Source of the DNA: Hemiscyllium ocellatum
Lineage: Eukaryota
NCBI RefSeq assembly: GCF_020745735.1
Contig: NC_083424.1
Location: forward strand, 18,400,999 to 18,464,998
DNA: 64,000 bases
Reading direction: 5' to 3'
Numbering within the stretch: position 1 is the stretch's first letter; every line of letters starts with the position of its first letter. Positions 47,458 to 58,999 of the stretch are shown one piece after another. The notes under the pieces are model-generated. The model searched no databases. It saw nothing but the letters and a program-made list of their open reading frames with translations, and was not told the origin of the DNA. The position numbers and the translations under genes are program-made.

Positions 47458-47765
47458 ATTTTTAAATTTACTTTATTCATAAAATATTTTGATCTGTACA
47501 ATTGGTGGTGCCATACATACATATACATTCTATTTCTTTACATACAGAGATCGGAATTAATCATTCGTATATACGGGTCTGTACGTTTACTATCCATATA
47601 TTTAGCCGAGGCGTCAGCGGAGCCTGATTGCTGAGTGGGCCCCCTGTTCTTCTTCGGCAGGCAGATGTTACACGGTGGTCTTTCCCCACCGCGCCTTGGC
47701 GGCAGCTGCCCCAAGCTGCAGCGCATCCCTCAACATGTAGTCCTGGACCTTGGAATGTGCCAGAC
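47458..47765 (-). mobile_element. Young Tx1/L1-like LINE 3' end inserted in a short Penelope-derived repeat (47345-47835)
   Basis: Minus strand reads LAHSKVQDYMLRDALQLGAAAAKARWGKTTV*, then a 3'UTR with AATAAA; CpG-rich. Confidence 0.65.
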
Positions 47766-47969
47766 CTGTTCCTGTGCTTTTCCAGCACCACACTCTGGAC
47801 TCTGATTTCCAGCATCTGTAATCCTCACTTTCTCCCAGCTCTTAATTCCAGATTTTTAAAAATTGAATTGTACCGAGATTGGATTCAAACCCATGTCCCC
47901 GGAACCTGACCTGCGTTTACCTTGATTACAAATCCAGTGTCTTTGTAAATTCAGTGTAATCGATTATAT

Positions 47970-49045
47970 GCAATCGCGCGAAACTAATAGGTCATCTCAT
48001 GGGCTATTTGAGGTGGCTGAAATGGACTCAGAGAATCACTTGAGGAAGAAGCGAAGACAAGCTGAAAGCAGGAAATGGCTAAGATGGGAGAACCAAGAAT
48101 GAAATAGGACAAACCAAGGAGGGAATTCTGGAATTGCTTCGGAAAAGAAGCCGAGTTCCTGGTGGTGATTGTCTGGAAAACGAAACGCCCCTCGGCTGTT
48201 GTGATCGTTCGGGAATGGCCGGAATGCTGAAGGTGTCGCTGTTCTGTGAGTGGCGGGGACGGGGATGGGAGGAAGATGTTTAAAATCAGGCAGAGAATCA
48301 CCAAAACCGAACAGCAAGAGGGCAGGGCGGCAAAGCTGAACCAGCCCAGCTCTATCTGACTGTCTCTCCGGAGCCGAGATTTCCGAAGGATGGGCTACAG
48401 GGAATCGTGTGCGCTGTGCTGGGCAGAATTCTGGGATTATGAAACTCCCAAAGTTGTGGTGGTTAAAAACCGAACTTTAGGAATAATTTACAGAATTATC
48501 CAACTACTTATCATTTTATACTTTGCTGTGTAAGTACATCCCAGAGTTGAGGCTATGTTGGGGCGAATACATGAATTATTAATTAATTAATTAATACATT
48601 AATTCCAAGATACCACACAATGTTTATTTTGCCTCCATGAGTTTGATTTTTGAATCGTCGGTTTTGAGATTGTGTGTGGAGGCAATTAACGATTGGTTTG
48701 ATATGTTTTCTTAAACCGAAGCCTGCGTTAAACTTGTCACTGAATAATTTCAAATCCTCGCCAATTGCAGGAGGTGTTTCTCGATTTCTGATTTCTTTAA
48801 CACTTTCTCAAACCGGATTGACTTTCAGAATCCAGGGTCTCTGCTGTTTCAACTCCGGGAGCCGAGTGTCGGCTCTTTGTAAACTTCGGGATTAATAGTA
48901 ACGTTCAAGGTTTTTACGCGAGCATGTGTAGTTCAGGATAAATATTTGGATTTCGTGAGCTTCAACCCCCCCCCCCAAAAAAAAGTATCAAAGCGAAATC
49001 TCGTTCTGTTTAAAAAGAATCGCGTCGGCTCCTGTGAAGCGTGTG
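47970..49045 (+). promoter_or_regulatory. CpG-enriched promoter/first-exon region of P2RX2
   Basis: Visibly higher CpG density than the flanks; GC boxes ggcgggg/ggggcg at about 48252 and 48325; not recognisably a repeat. Confidence 0.6.
48390..48529 (+). CDS. P2RX2: P2X purinoceptor 2, coding exon 1
   Basis: [46 protein letters not shown](V) has the WDYETPKV signature of P2X2 plus TM1; phase-2 donor GTAAGT at 48530. Confidence 0.93.
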
Positions 49046-49178
49046 AAATATTGCCAACAGGCTGGAGTAGAAAGCTTTTCTGATGCTCTGATTTGGAGAT
49101 GCCGGTGTTGGACTGGGGTGTACAAAGTTAAAAATCACACAACACCAGGTTATAGTCCAACAGGTTAAATTGGAAGCA

Positions 49179-49213
49179 CACTAGCTTTCGGAGCGATGCT
49201 CCTTCATCAGGTG
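49179..49213 (-). ncRNA. Hammerhead ribozyme motif (left arm of the Penelope fold-back)
   Basis: Minus strand CAC-CTGATGA-A-GGAGC atc GCTCC-GAAA-GCTA-GTG. Confidence 0.7.
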
Positions 49214-51302
49214 ATTGTGGAGGGCTCGATCGTAACACAGAATTTATAGCGAAAATTTACAGCGTGATGTAATTGAAATTATACATTTGAAAATTGATTG
49301 TCTGTTAAGCCTTTCATCTGTTAGAATACAGTGATAGTTTCACTTTCATATGTAAATCACAAAACCTTTCTTTTTAAAGTTGCATTATCGGGTTAGCTGC
49401 TAACAATGGTGATAGCTAGACAATATGTTGAAGGTGTTAGCCCCCTGTGTTCTCTGTCTATGACCTGACGTTTAGATTGATTCTAATCTAAAAAATGAGA
49501 TAACAGAGTTTTACATAAATTCATGCAGTTTTTGAGCTCAGGGTTCTACATGAATGTATGCAGTTTTTGAGCAAAGTACAATGTAACCCTGAAAGTACAA
49601 ATTCACCACACAGAATATATGTGTGCATGTAGGTCTTTGTCTGTCTGTGTGTGTGTGTGTGTGTCTGTCTGGGGTGGGGTTTGTGAGTGTGAGAAAGTGT
49701 GTGTGTGTGTATGTGTGTGTAGTGAGTGCAGAGTGTCAAGTCTGTGAGGGGGTGCATGTGTGAGTATGGGAGTGTATGTGTCTATGAAGGTGTGTGTGGA
49801 TGTCTGTGTGCGTGTCTGTGTGTACCTGTGTCCTTGTGTATGTGAGAGAGTGTGTGTGTGTGTGTGTAGGAATATCTGTGTGTGTGTGTGTGTGTGTAGT
49901 GCAATGGTGATCACCTGTAATGTGACATGAACCCAAAGTCCCGGTTGAGGCCCTCCCTATGGGTACCGAACTTAGCTATCAGCCTCTGCTCAGCCACTTT
50001 TCTTTGCTGCCTGTCCCGAAGTCCACCTTGGAGGATGGTCACCCGAAGGTCCGCGGCTGAATGTCCTGGACCACTGAAATGTTCCCCCAACTGGGAGGGA
50101 ACCCTCCTGTCTGTTGATTGTTGTGAGGTGCCCATTCATCCGTTGTTATAGCCTTTGTCCCATGTACCATGCCTCCGGGCATCCTTGCCTGCAACGTATA
50201 AGATAGACAACGTTGGCTGAGTCACATGAGTACCTGCCATGTACAAGGTGGGGGGTGTTCCCACGCGTAATAGTGGTATCTATGTCCACACTCTGACATG
50301 TCTTGCAGCATCCACTGTGACAGGACTGTAACACCGTAACACCCTGAGAGCCGGGTAGTTTGCTACGAACAATGATCTGTTTGAGGTTTGGCGGTGTTTA
50401 AAGGCAAGTAGTGGAGGTGTGGGGAAGGTCTTGGTGCGGTGCTTATCCTCATTGGTAATATGTTGCAGGTCAACTGGTGTTGACCACCAGTTCCGACGTG
50501 CCACAGCAAGGAACCGTAATTACCTCCTCAGGAGACAGACAGGTGCAGCAACTGACAGGGTACCCTTCGTTGTTTAGTACTTCCCAGGGGCTGAAAAATT
50601 GTGCCGTGTTCTTCGTGGCCTGCAACACATTATCAATGAGGATGAGCACCTCAACAAGACCTTTCCCACACCTCCACTACTTGCCTTTAAACAACCGCTA
50701 AACTTCGGACACACAGATGCAGGTACACACAGACACGCACACAGACACCCACACACACCCTAATAGACACACACACTCCCACACTCCCACATGCACCCCC
50801 TCACAGACTTAAGACACTCTGCACTCACTACACATACACACACACTTTCTCACATTCACAACCACGACCCTAGACAGACACACACACACATGCAAACATA
50901 TGTTGTGTGGTGAATTTGTACTTGCAGAGTTACATTGTACTTTGCTCAAAAACTGCATGCATTCGTGTAGAACTCAGCTCAAAAACTGCATGAATTTATG
51001 TAAAACTCTGTTATCTCATTTTTTAGATTAGAATCAATCTAAACATCAGGTCTTAGACAGAGAACACATGGGGCTAACACCTTCAACATATTGTCTAGCT
51101 ATCACCATTGTTAGCAGCTAATCCGAGAATGCAACTTTTTAAAAAGGTATTTGTGATTTACACATGAAAGAAGTGAAACTATCACTGTATTTTAACAGAT
51201 GAAAGGCTTAACAGACAATCAATTTTTCAATGTATAATTTCAGTGATATCACACTGTAAATTTATGCTATAAATTCTGTGTTACGATCGAGTCCTCCACT
51301 AT

Positions 51303-51337
51303 CACCTGATGAAGGAGCGTCGCTCTGAAAGCTAGTG
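51303..51337 (+). ncRNA. Hammerhead ribozyme motif (right arm; sense to P2RX2 pre-mRNA)
   Basis: CAC-CTGATGA-A-GGAGC gtc GCTCT-GAAA-GCTA-GTG. Confidence 0.7.
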
Positions 51338-52969
51338 TGCTTCCAATTAAACCTGTTGGACTATTACCTGGTGTTGTGTGATTTTTTAGTTCTGATGCTA
51401 GATCACATTAGGCAGAGCTTGTTTTTTCACACCTAAGACAGAGTAACCTTGGTCAAAATGGTAAATCTCTGCAAACACAAACTAACCATCTGGACGGGTA
51501 TATGAATAGGAAAGATTTAGAGTGGTGTGGGCCTGGATCAGATTGAGATGTCTGGTCAGCATGGATTAGTTAGACGGAAGGATCTGTATGTTTCTGAACT
51601 CTGACTCTAATTGCAGCTTGTTCGATTTACCACAAAGTAGCTACTTCTATTGGGCATTGCTTGATAAGGCATGGCCAGTTTTAATTTGGCTAATATTTTT
51701 ATTTCCCATTTTGCTATCACAATTTTCTACAACCGGACTGTGAAGGTGTAGTGGAGTTTAAAATCCAGCCAAGAGTTTGAATAAATTGTGGGAGTTACAT
51801 ATTTATGGAGCCACTTATTTATATTCAGCTTCTGCCAAACTCATCATAATGAACAGAATGTAAGGTACCTGTGTCTGATAGTTCTTGGCAACAGTCCTGT
51901 CAATACCATTACTTCTCTGTATTCTGCTTTTGATCTCCCCTACATTGAAAGCACGGTTTTGTACCACCACCCTATTCACTGTCTCAAAGACTTTTTTGAT
52001 CCAATCCCCAGTCTTCACACTATTGAAGGAAACAGTCCTTGCCTGTTAAGGTCCCTTAGTAAACTTGAAAAGTTAGAACTGGTATCATCATTGTCTTTTC
52101 TGTTTTTACACATTCTCCAGTATGTCAATACCTTTTTATATGATGCAAAGACTAGAGCTATGCACAGTACTGTGTGGTCAAATCAAGATTCCATGCAAGT
52201 GTGCAAAATGTCTCTGTTTTTTAACTCTTTCCTTCAGAAGAAATAACTCCCAGAGTTCAGTTTACCTTTTTAAAACATTTTTCCAACCTATTTGTCTATT
52301 TCCCTAAAAAATATTTGCACTATTACCCTATTTGAATACTTACAGCATCTTGGATGTGTTAAAATATCCCAAGACACTTCGCTAAATAACAGAAAAATAA
52401 TTGCTATTTATGTATGAATATGTGTTACTGATTGAAGGTTTCGAGGTGCAGAGGTGAGGAAAGTGGTAGTGGAACCAGCAAATAAAAGAGAAAATGTGTG
52501 TTTAATGCAGGTAAAACTGACAGCACTTTGATTTCTGCAGTGCAATCGCACCAAAGTCATGCATTAACAACTTCAAAGATTGGTTTTAAAATGGGTTAGG
52601 AGCCCTCGCACAGTTGCAGCTGTTTTTGATTAATGGGCAGCTTATTGACAATCTATCAATCGGTCATTATAACCAGCAATTGGCCATCATCGTTTCTAGC
52701 AACATTAACAGGGATGCTAGTTGCTCATTATATAATGTATTAGATGTTTTATATTAGTTATTTTTTAAACCAAACTCAATGTTTTTAGTTCAGCTGTGAA
52801 AAGTTCTGATTTTTTTAAAAAGGGTTTCTGACAATGTTTCTTCATGTCTGTGCAACAATTGAGCAGGAGGAGGGGGGACAGTAGAAGCATGGTGGAAACA
52901 AAGATATAGCTGCATAGAGAGAAAATAGGCAGAGGCAAACTTCTAGGATTCGTTAAGCTTCCAGCAGAG

Positions 52970-53300
52970 TTTGGAACATGGGACAGTAAAGGTATGTGCC
53001 CTTTAGTCCACAATGTTGTGCTGAACATGACACCAAATTGAACTAATCCCTTCTGCCTGCTCTTGGTCCATATCCCTCCACTTATTACATACAAATTTAC
53101 TTATCTAAAAGTCTTTAAATTTCCCCTTTTTGTATCTGCATCCTCCTCCATCGCCCCCTAGCAGTGCATTCCAGCCACCTACCTGTGTGAAAAAAAAAGC
53201 TTGTCCCTCACATTTCTTTGAACTCTCCCCTCTCACCTTAAATGCATGCCCTTAGTATTAGACACTCCAACTCTGGGGGTAAAAACATGCTCTAAGGAGA
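52970..53300 (-). mobile_element. CR1 3' fragment
   Basis: Reverse-complement CR1 tail (gtgcattccag...cctctcaccttaaatgcatgccc). Confidence 0.65.
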
Positions 53301-54395
53301 GATTCATAATGTGGCTGTGCTTCTCCAGGGAACTTGTCACAGAGTAATGTTGCTTCCTGCAGCAAGAACTGCAGTCATCCACCACAACTAGCACAGTGTT
53401 TCCTTGGGGGCAGGCAAAGTTGTCCCTCAACATGTCCTTATTGTTTTTGCCATTGACCCCTTTGGGTTGTAACAGATTGCTTCATATAATTTCATGCCTG
53501 CTATATTTTGTAAATACTGGAGAATATTTTAAACTGCTAGCTGCACAGTCCTTACTTAAAAATCGGCTTTTGGAACTCTGATACACTTAGTTATTCACCG
53601 AACCCAATTTCCTGGCAGGTCCTTGAATGGTCTCTCAATATACACACCCAAAACAGGCAGAAAGTTGGATAAAGGCTCCTGTGCATGTAAGAGGGTGTCT
53701 GCTCAGCTTTCAAGGAGAAGTGGCAAATGCCACTCCCAGGTGTTGAAAGAATTAATTCACAACACAAGACCCAATTCAAACATTTAGTTGCATTTATTCA
53801 TTTCAGTGGATCTTTGTATTTTTGAGCCTACCTCTCCACTGAGTTCTGTTGCAGGACCCTTTGTGCTAGTTGTGTTCTAGAACACAATTTCATGGTGACT
53901 TGTTTTAAAGAAGGGAGAGTAACAGTAATAGCAAACTGAAAACTTTATGGATGCAAAATTGACTGCGTTGTGTGTGGAATGTGCATCCAAACACCTTTGC
54001 CAAGTTTGCTCTGAATGAAGCTGTTAGTTTTAATTATCTTTAAAGTGAAATAGATTTAAAGCCAAGGAAAACAAAATTGCTGCAACAGGGTCCACGTGGT
54101 GATTGCATCTATTTCTATCACTGTGTGGTAGGAAAGACAAAAGTAAACTGGCATTGCCAACACCTTAATGTTAATACAAGCTCCACTGACTGAAAGATGC
54201 AACAGAACAATTCATTCTGTGAGACAGGAACAAATGAAGACCTTTTTTGAAGGTGTCAAGAATAACCAATGTTAAATTAACTTAGCTAAAGCTTTTAAGT
54301 CACCAACAGAAGAGAAAAATGAAATAGCCTCCATACACTGCTGTGAGCTTGGTTAACCTAAGAGAATTAATAATTTGTGTTTCTGATTTGTGCAG

Positions 54396-54543
54396 GTATG
54401 TTTTTATAATTCAAAAATCATACCAAGAAAGAGAGAATGCTCCAGAGAGTTCCGTCATCACCAAGATGAAAGGAATTGCAATGTCAAATTCATCCCTGGG
54501 AGTGAAAATATGGGATGTGGTAGAGTATGTTCATCCACCAGAG
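54396..54543 (+). CDS. P2RX2: P2X purinoceptor 2, coding exon 2
   Basis: Acceptor ttgtgcAG; (V)[49 protein letters not shown]; donor GTAGGG. Phase continuous with exon 1; ATP-binding KxKG intact. Confidence 0.95.
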
Positions 54544-55404
54544 GTAGGGCCTGGACGGTATTCTTTCCACTGAAGGAATCAAGTCTTCCAAAGTTACATT
54601 CCTATGGGCACTTCCATGTCTTTGGTGTTCTCAAGTGTCTATTTTGCATGTGTCAGCCAGATGCTTTGTACTGGAATGACTCTCAAATATTGAGAAAATA
54701 AGCGAAAGCCATTGCTTTCAGTGGGTGTGAACTTCCAGTTGTGTGATAGACCAGGGGCAGGAATCTGTGATGACATTATTCTCTGCTTTGCCCAGGAGCA
54801 TTGGGCCAAATTGAATGCCTTACCCATGCATTCTCATGGCAGGTTTGCTGGGCAGGCGATATTTAATCATATGGGAGTGTGGCAATCACACCATCTTCCC
54901 ATTCTCTGCCTGATTACATCTGTTCCTTTCCACATGCTGCCATCACTGGAATTCACTCAGTGATGGGCAGGAGACTGGCTATGATGGATACCTGAAAAAC
55001 AAACACTGTTAATGACAGAGCTTCATTAGCCCCCCACACCCACTTCCACCAACCCCCCTCCCACCCTTGCTGCTAAATCCCCCTTCCTGACATCACTGAC
55101 ATATGCCCATGTCCATTGACAATCCCGTGATTTGGGAGGGTATAGTGTCCGAGTGGCACTACCCACTGGCCAGTAGCTCTTACTCAGTAACTGGAACTTC
55201 TGCCTGAGGTTCTTGATTCTGGTGAGGGATTTCTGCTGCATTATTATTGATGTTTAATTTGGCTGGCCTTCTCAAAGAGGTGATATGTGGAAGACCCGCA
55301 TTACTTCCAGTAGCCTCAGGCTGGAATGACGATACATAATGATCATGTAGAGTATTTTACATCAAGGAAAAAATTGATATTGAATGCATTTTTTATATTG
55401 CTAC

Positions 55405-57613
55405 ATAGAACATAGAACATAGAAAAATACAGCATAGTACAGGCCCTTCGGCCCTCGATGTTGCACCGACCAAAGCCTACCTAACCTACACTAGTCCAAT
55501 AACCTCCATATGCTTATCCAATGCCTGCTTAAATGACCATAAAAAGGGAGAGTCCACCATTGATACTGGCAGGGCATTCCATGAACTCACAACCCGCTGA
55601 GTAAAGAATCTACTCCTAACATCTGTCCTATACCAACCTCCCCTTAATTTAAAGCTGTGTCCCCTAGTAACAGCTGACTCCATACGCGGAAAAAGGTTCT
55701 CACTGTCAACCCTACCTAAATCCCTAATCATCTTGTACACCTCTATCAAATCTCCCCTAAACCTTCTTTTCTCCAATGAGAACAGCCCCAAGTGCCTCAG
55801 CCTTTCCTCATACGATCTTCCTACCATGCCAGGCAACATCCTGGTAAACCTCCTCTGCACCCGTTCCAGTGCCTCCACATCCTTCCTATAGTGTGGCGAC
55901 CAAAACTGCACACAATACTTCAGATAAGGCCGCACCAGAGTCTTATACAACTGCAACATGACCTCAGGACTCCGGAACTCGATTCCTCTACCAATAAAGC
56001 CCAGTACGCCATATGCCTTCTTCACAGCACTATTTACCTGGGTGGCAACTTTCAGAGATCTGTGTACATGGACACCAAGATCCCTCTGCTCATCCACAAT
56101 ACCATGTAGCCTACCATTAGCCCAGTAATCCATCTTCTTGTTACTCCTACCAAAGTGAATGACTTCACACTTCGCTACATTGAACTCCATTTGCCACCTT
56201 TCTGCGCAGCTCTGCAACTTATCTATATCCCGCTGTAACCTGCCACATCCTTCTTCGCTGTCCACAACTCCACCGACTTTCGTATCATCCGCAAACTTGC
56301 TCACCCAGCCTTCAAGCCCCTCCTCCAAGTCATTTATAAAGATGACAAACAGCAATGGTCCCAAAACAGATCCTTGTGGAACACCACTAGTAACTGCACT
56401 CCAAGATGAACCTTTACTATCAACTACTACCCTTTGTCTCCTTCCAGCCAGCCAATTCCTAATCCAAACCTCTAATGCACCCTCAATGCCATACCTCCAT
56501 AATGTTTGCAGTAGCCTACCATGGGGAACCTTATCAAACACCTTGCTAAAATCCATATACACCACATCTACTGCTTTACCCTTGTCCACTTCCTTGGTCA
56601 CCTTCTCAAAGAACTCAATAAGGTTTGTGAGGCACGACCTGCCCTTCACAAAACCATGCTGACTATCCTTGATCACATTACTCCTATCCAGATGTTCATA
56701 AATCCTATCCCTTACATTTCTCTCTAAGACTTTGCCCACAACAGAAGTGAGACTCACTGGCCTATAGTTACTAGGGCTGTCCCTACTCCCCTTCTTGAAC
56801 AAGGGGACCACACTCGCTATCCTCCAGTCTTCTGGCACTATTCCTGTAGACAACGACGACATAAAAATCAAGGCCAATGGCTCCACTATCTCCTCCCTAG
56901 CTTCCCAGAGGATCCTAGGATAAATGCCATCAGGCCTAGGGGACTTATCTATTTTCACCCTTTCCAGTATTCCCCGGACCTCTTCCCTACATACCTCAAA
57001 GCCATCCATTCTAATCACTTGTGACTCAATATTCACATCAGCAACAATGTCCTGTTCCTGAGTGAATACTGATGAAAAGTATTGATTTAGTGTCTCTCCA
57101 ATCTCCTCCACCTCCACACACAACTTCCCACTACTATCCTTGACTGGACCGATACCTACCCTAGTCATCCTTTTATTCCTGACATACCTATAGAAAGCCT
57201 TTGGGTTTTCCCTAATCCTACCAACCAAGGACTTTTCATGTCCCCTTCTCACTGCTCTTAGCTCTCTCTTTAGATCCTTCCTGGCTACCTTATAACTCTC
57301 AATCGCCCCAACTGAACCTTCACGCCTCATCTTTACATAGGCCGCCCTCTTCCCTTTTACAAGGGATTCCAATTCCTTATTAAACCACGGCTCCCTCACA
57401 AGACCCTTTCCTCCCTGCCTGACTGGTACATACTTATCAAGGACACCCAATAGCTGCTCCTTGAACAAGCTCCACATATCATTTGTGTCCTTCGCTTGAA
57501 GCCTATTTTTCCAATTCACACATCCTAAGTCATGCCTCACCGCATCATAATTTCCCTGCCCCCAGCTATAACTCCTGTCCTGCAGTGCACACTTATCCCC
57601 CTCCATCACTAGA
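55405..57613 (-). mobile_element. Young 5'-truncated CR1 LINE with an uninterrupted 707-codon RT ORF (55486-57609)
   Basis: NYRPVSLTS, SQHGF, YMDFSKVFDKVPH, GVPQGSVLGP, KFADDTK without stops; (catagaa)n tail; gctac on both sides (55400 and 57614) as a possible TSD. Confidence 0.93.
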
Positions 57614-58116
57614 GCTACGTGAGACTTTGCAATTGATTAAACAAAGTAAGTTTGATCACAGACAGTTGTCACATGCTCAGTCAGAGCCCAGTTTTACCCC
57701 ATCCACTTGTACAATATCAAAATTGATCCATTTCTGTCACTGCAATCATCTTTCGGTAGTGCATTGAACTACTACTGTGGAGTATGTGCTCAAGACCTGA
57801 AGCAAGCCGTCAACGAACCAAGGCTAACAGCTACACTGATAATTTTCACAGGAATAGTTTTGTTCTGATTTATATCATTTCTATGTTGTAAGCTTCATGA
57901 CAAAGGAACACATACCATCGACATGGCTTATCACACCCTTCTAGTTTACAAAACTTTCGTTTAACAGAGGAAAGTGACTTATTCCCTCACCTGTATTGAA
58001 TGAGTCTATGTCTCCTGATGGAATTCTTGTGATTTCCAAACTACTCTTGTAGAACCCTGATTCCTCCCAACTACCTTGAACTGTTGACTGTACTTCTCAC
58101 CTTTCTTTTGTTCTAG

Positions 58117-58188
58117 GGTCGTGATATTTTCAGTGTTACTGTACGAACCATAACCACACCATTGCAGAAGCTGCAATTCTGTCCTGAG
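58117..58188 (+). CDS. P2RX2: P2X purinoceptor 2, coding exon 3
   Basis: Acceptor ctttcttttgttctAG; 72 nt GRDIFSVTVRTITTPLQKLQFCPE (compare mammalian [24 protein letters not shown]); donor GTAAGA. Exon 4 was not found in the window. Confidence 0.9.
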
Positions 58189-58999
58189 GTAAGATCCTGT
58201 CAAATGATATTGAAATCGGCCTTCCACCAGTTTAGACACTTAACTTCTACATTGTCCTTGTCCCTTTACATATTGGCTTTGAAACTTACAGTTACAGTCA
58301 CTATTCTCAAAATACTCAACTGCTGAATTTTCACTCGCTAGGATTGGGTTGAGCACTGCTCTGTCGCTAGTTTGGCTATCTACATACTGGGAGAAAGTGA
58401 GGACTGCAGATGCTGGAGATTAGAGTCAAGAGTGTGGTGCTGGGAAAGCAGAGCAGGCCAGTCTGCATCCAAGGAGCAGGAGAATTGACATTTTGGGCAC
58501 TGTCCTGGATGCACTTTAAAAATTACACCCGTCTCATTCTTTCACACAAAGGCAATCTCTGTTAGTGTGGGCTTATTTGAAGTCCCCTACAACTGTAACC
58601 CTTTTTTCTCATGCCTTTCTATGATTTTTCTACATATCTATTGCTCTATCTCTCCATGACTTTGCTGGGATTACATTACAGTAATCACACCTTTTTTTTT
58701 AGTTCTAAGCTCGTTTAAGACCCTTCTGAGGCATCCATCCTCATTGGTACTGTGATGGTTTCCTTTATCAATATGCTATAGTCCCGCCTCCTTTTTTTGC
58801 TCCCCCCACCCCACTCATCCTGCCTGAAACTTCTATAACCTGAAATGTTGTGCTGCCAGTCTTGTTCTTCCTTCAACTATGTCTCAGCAATTGTAATAAT
58901 GTCATATTCCCACGTACTGATCTAAGTTCATCCACCCAACGAGTCAAACTCCCTGTATTAAACAGACTGTGTTATACAGTCAAGAGGGTGTTCTCTGGG

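Larger units (their letters stand above)
49088..51389. mobile_element. Penelope-like element in inverted (fold-back) arrangement with 10-bp TSD
   Basis: Arms at about 49130-49830 and 50708-51388 are reverse complements. Minus-strand GIY-YIG (YSCDSANVVYLIRC...AEQRLIAKFGTHREGLN). TTCTGATGCT at 49078-49087 and 51390-51399. Confidence 0.88.

Noticed and set aside
49521-49936. His/Thr-rich ORFs
   Set aside because: Translation of (GT/CA)n microsatellite within the Penelope arms.
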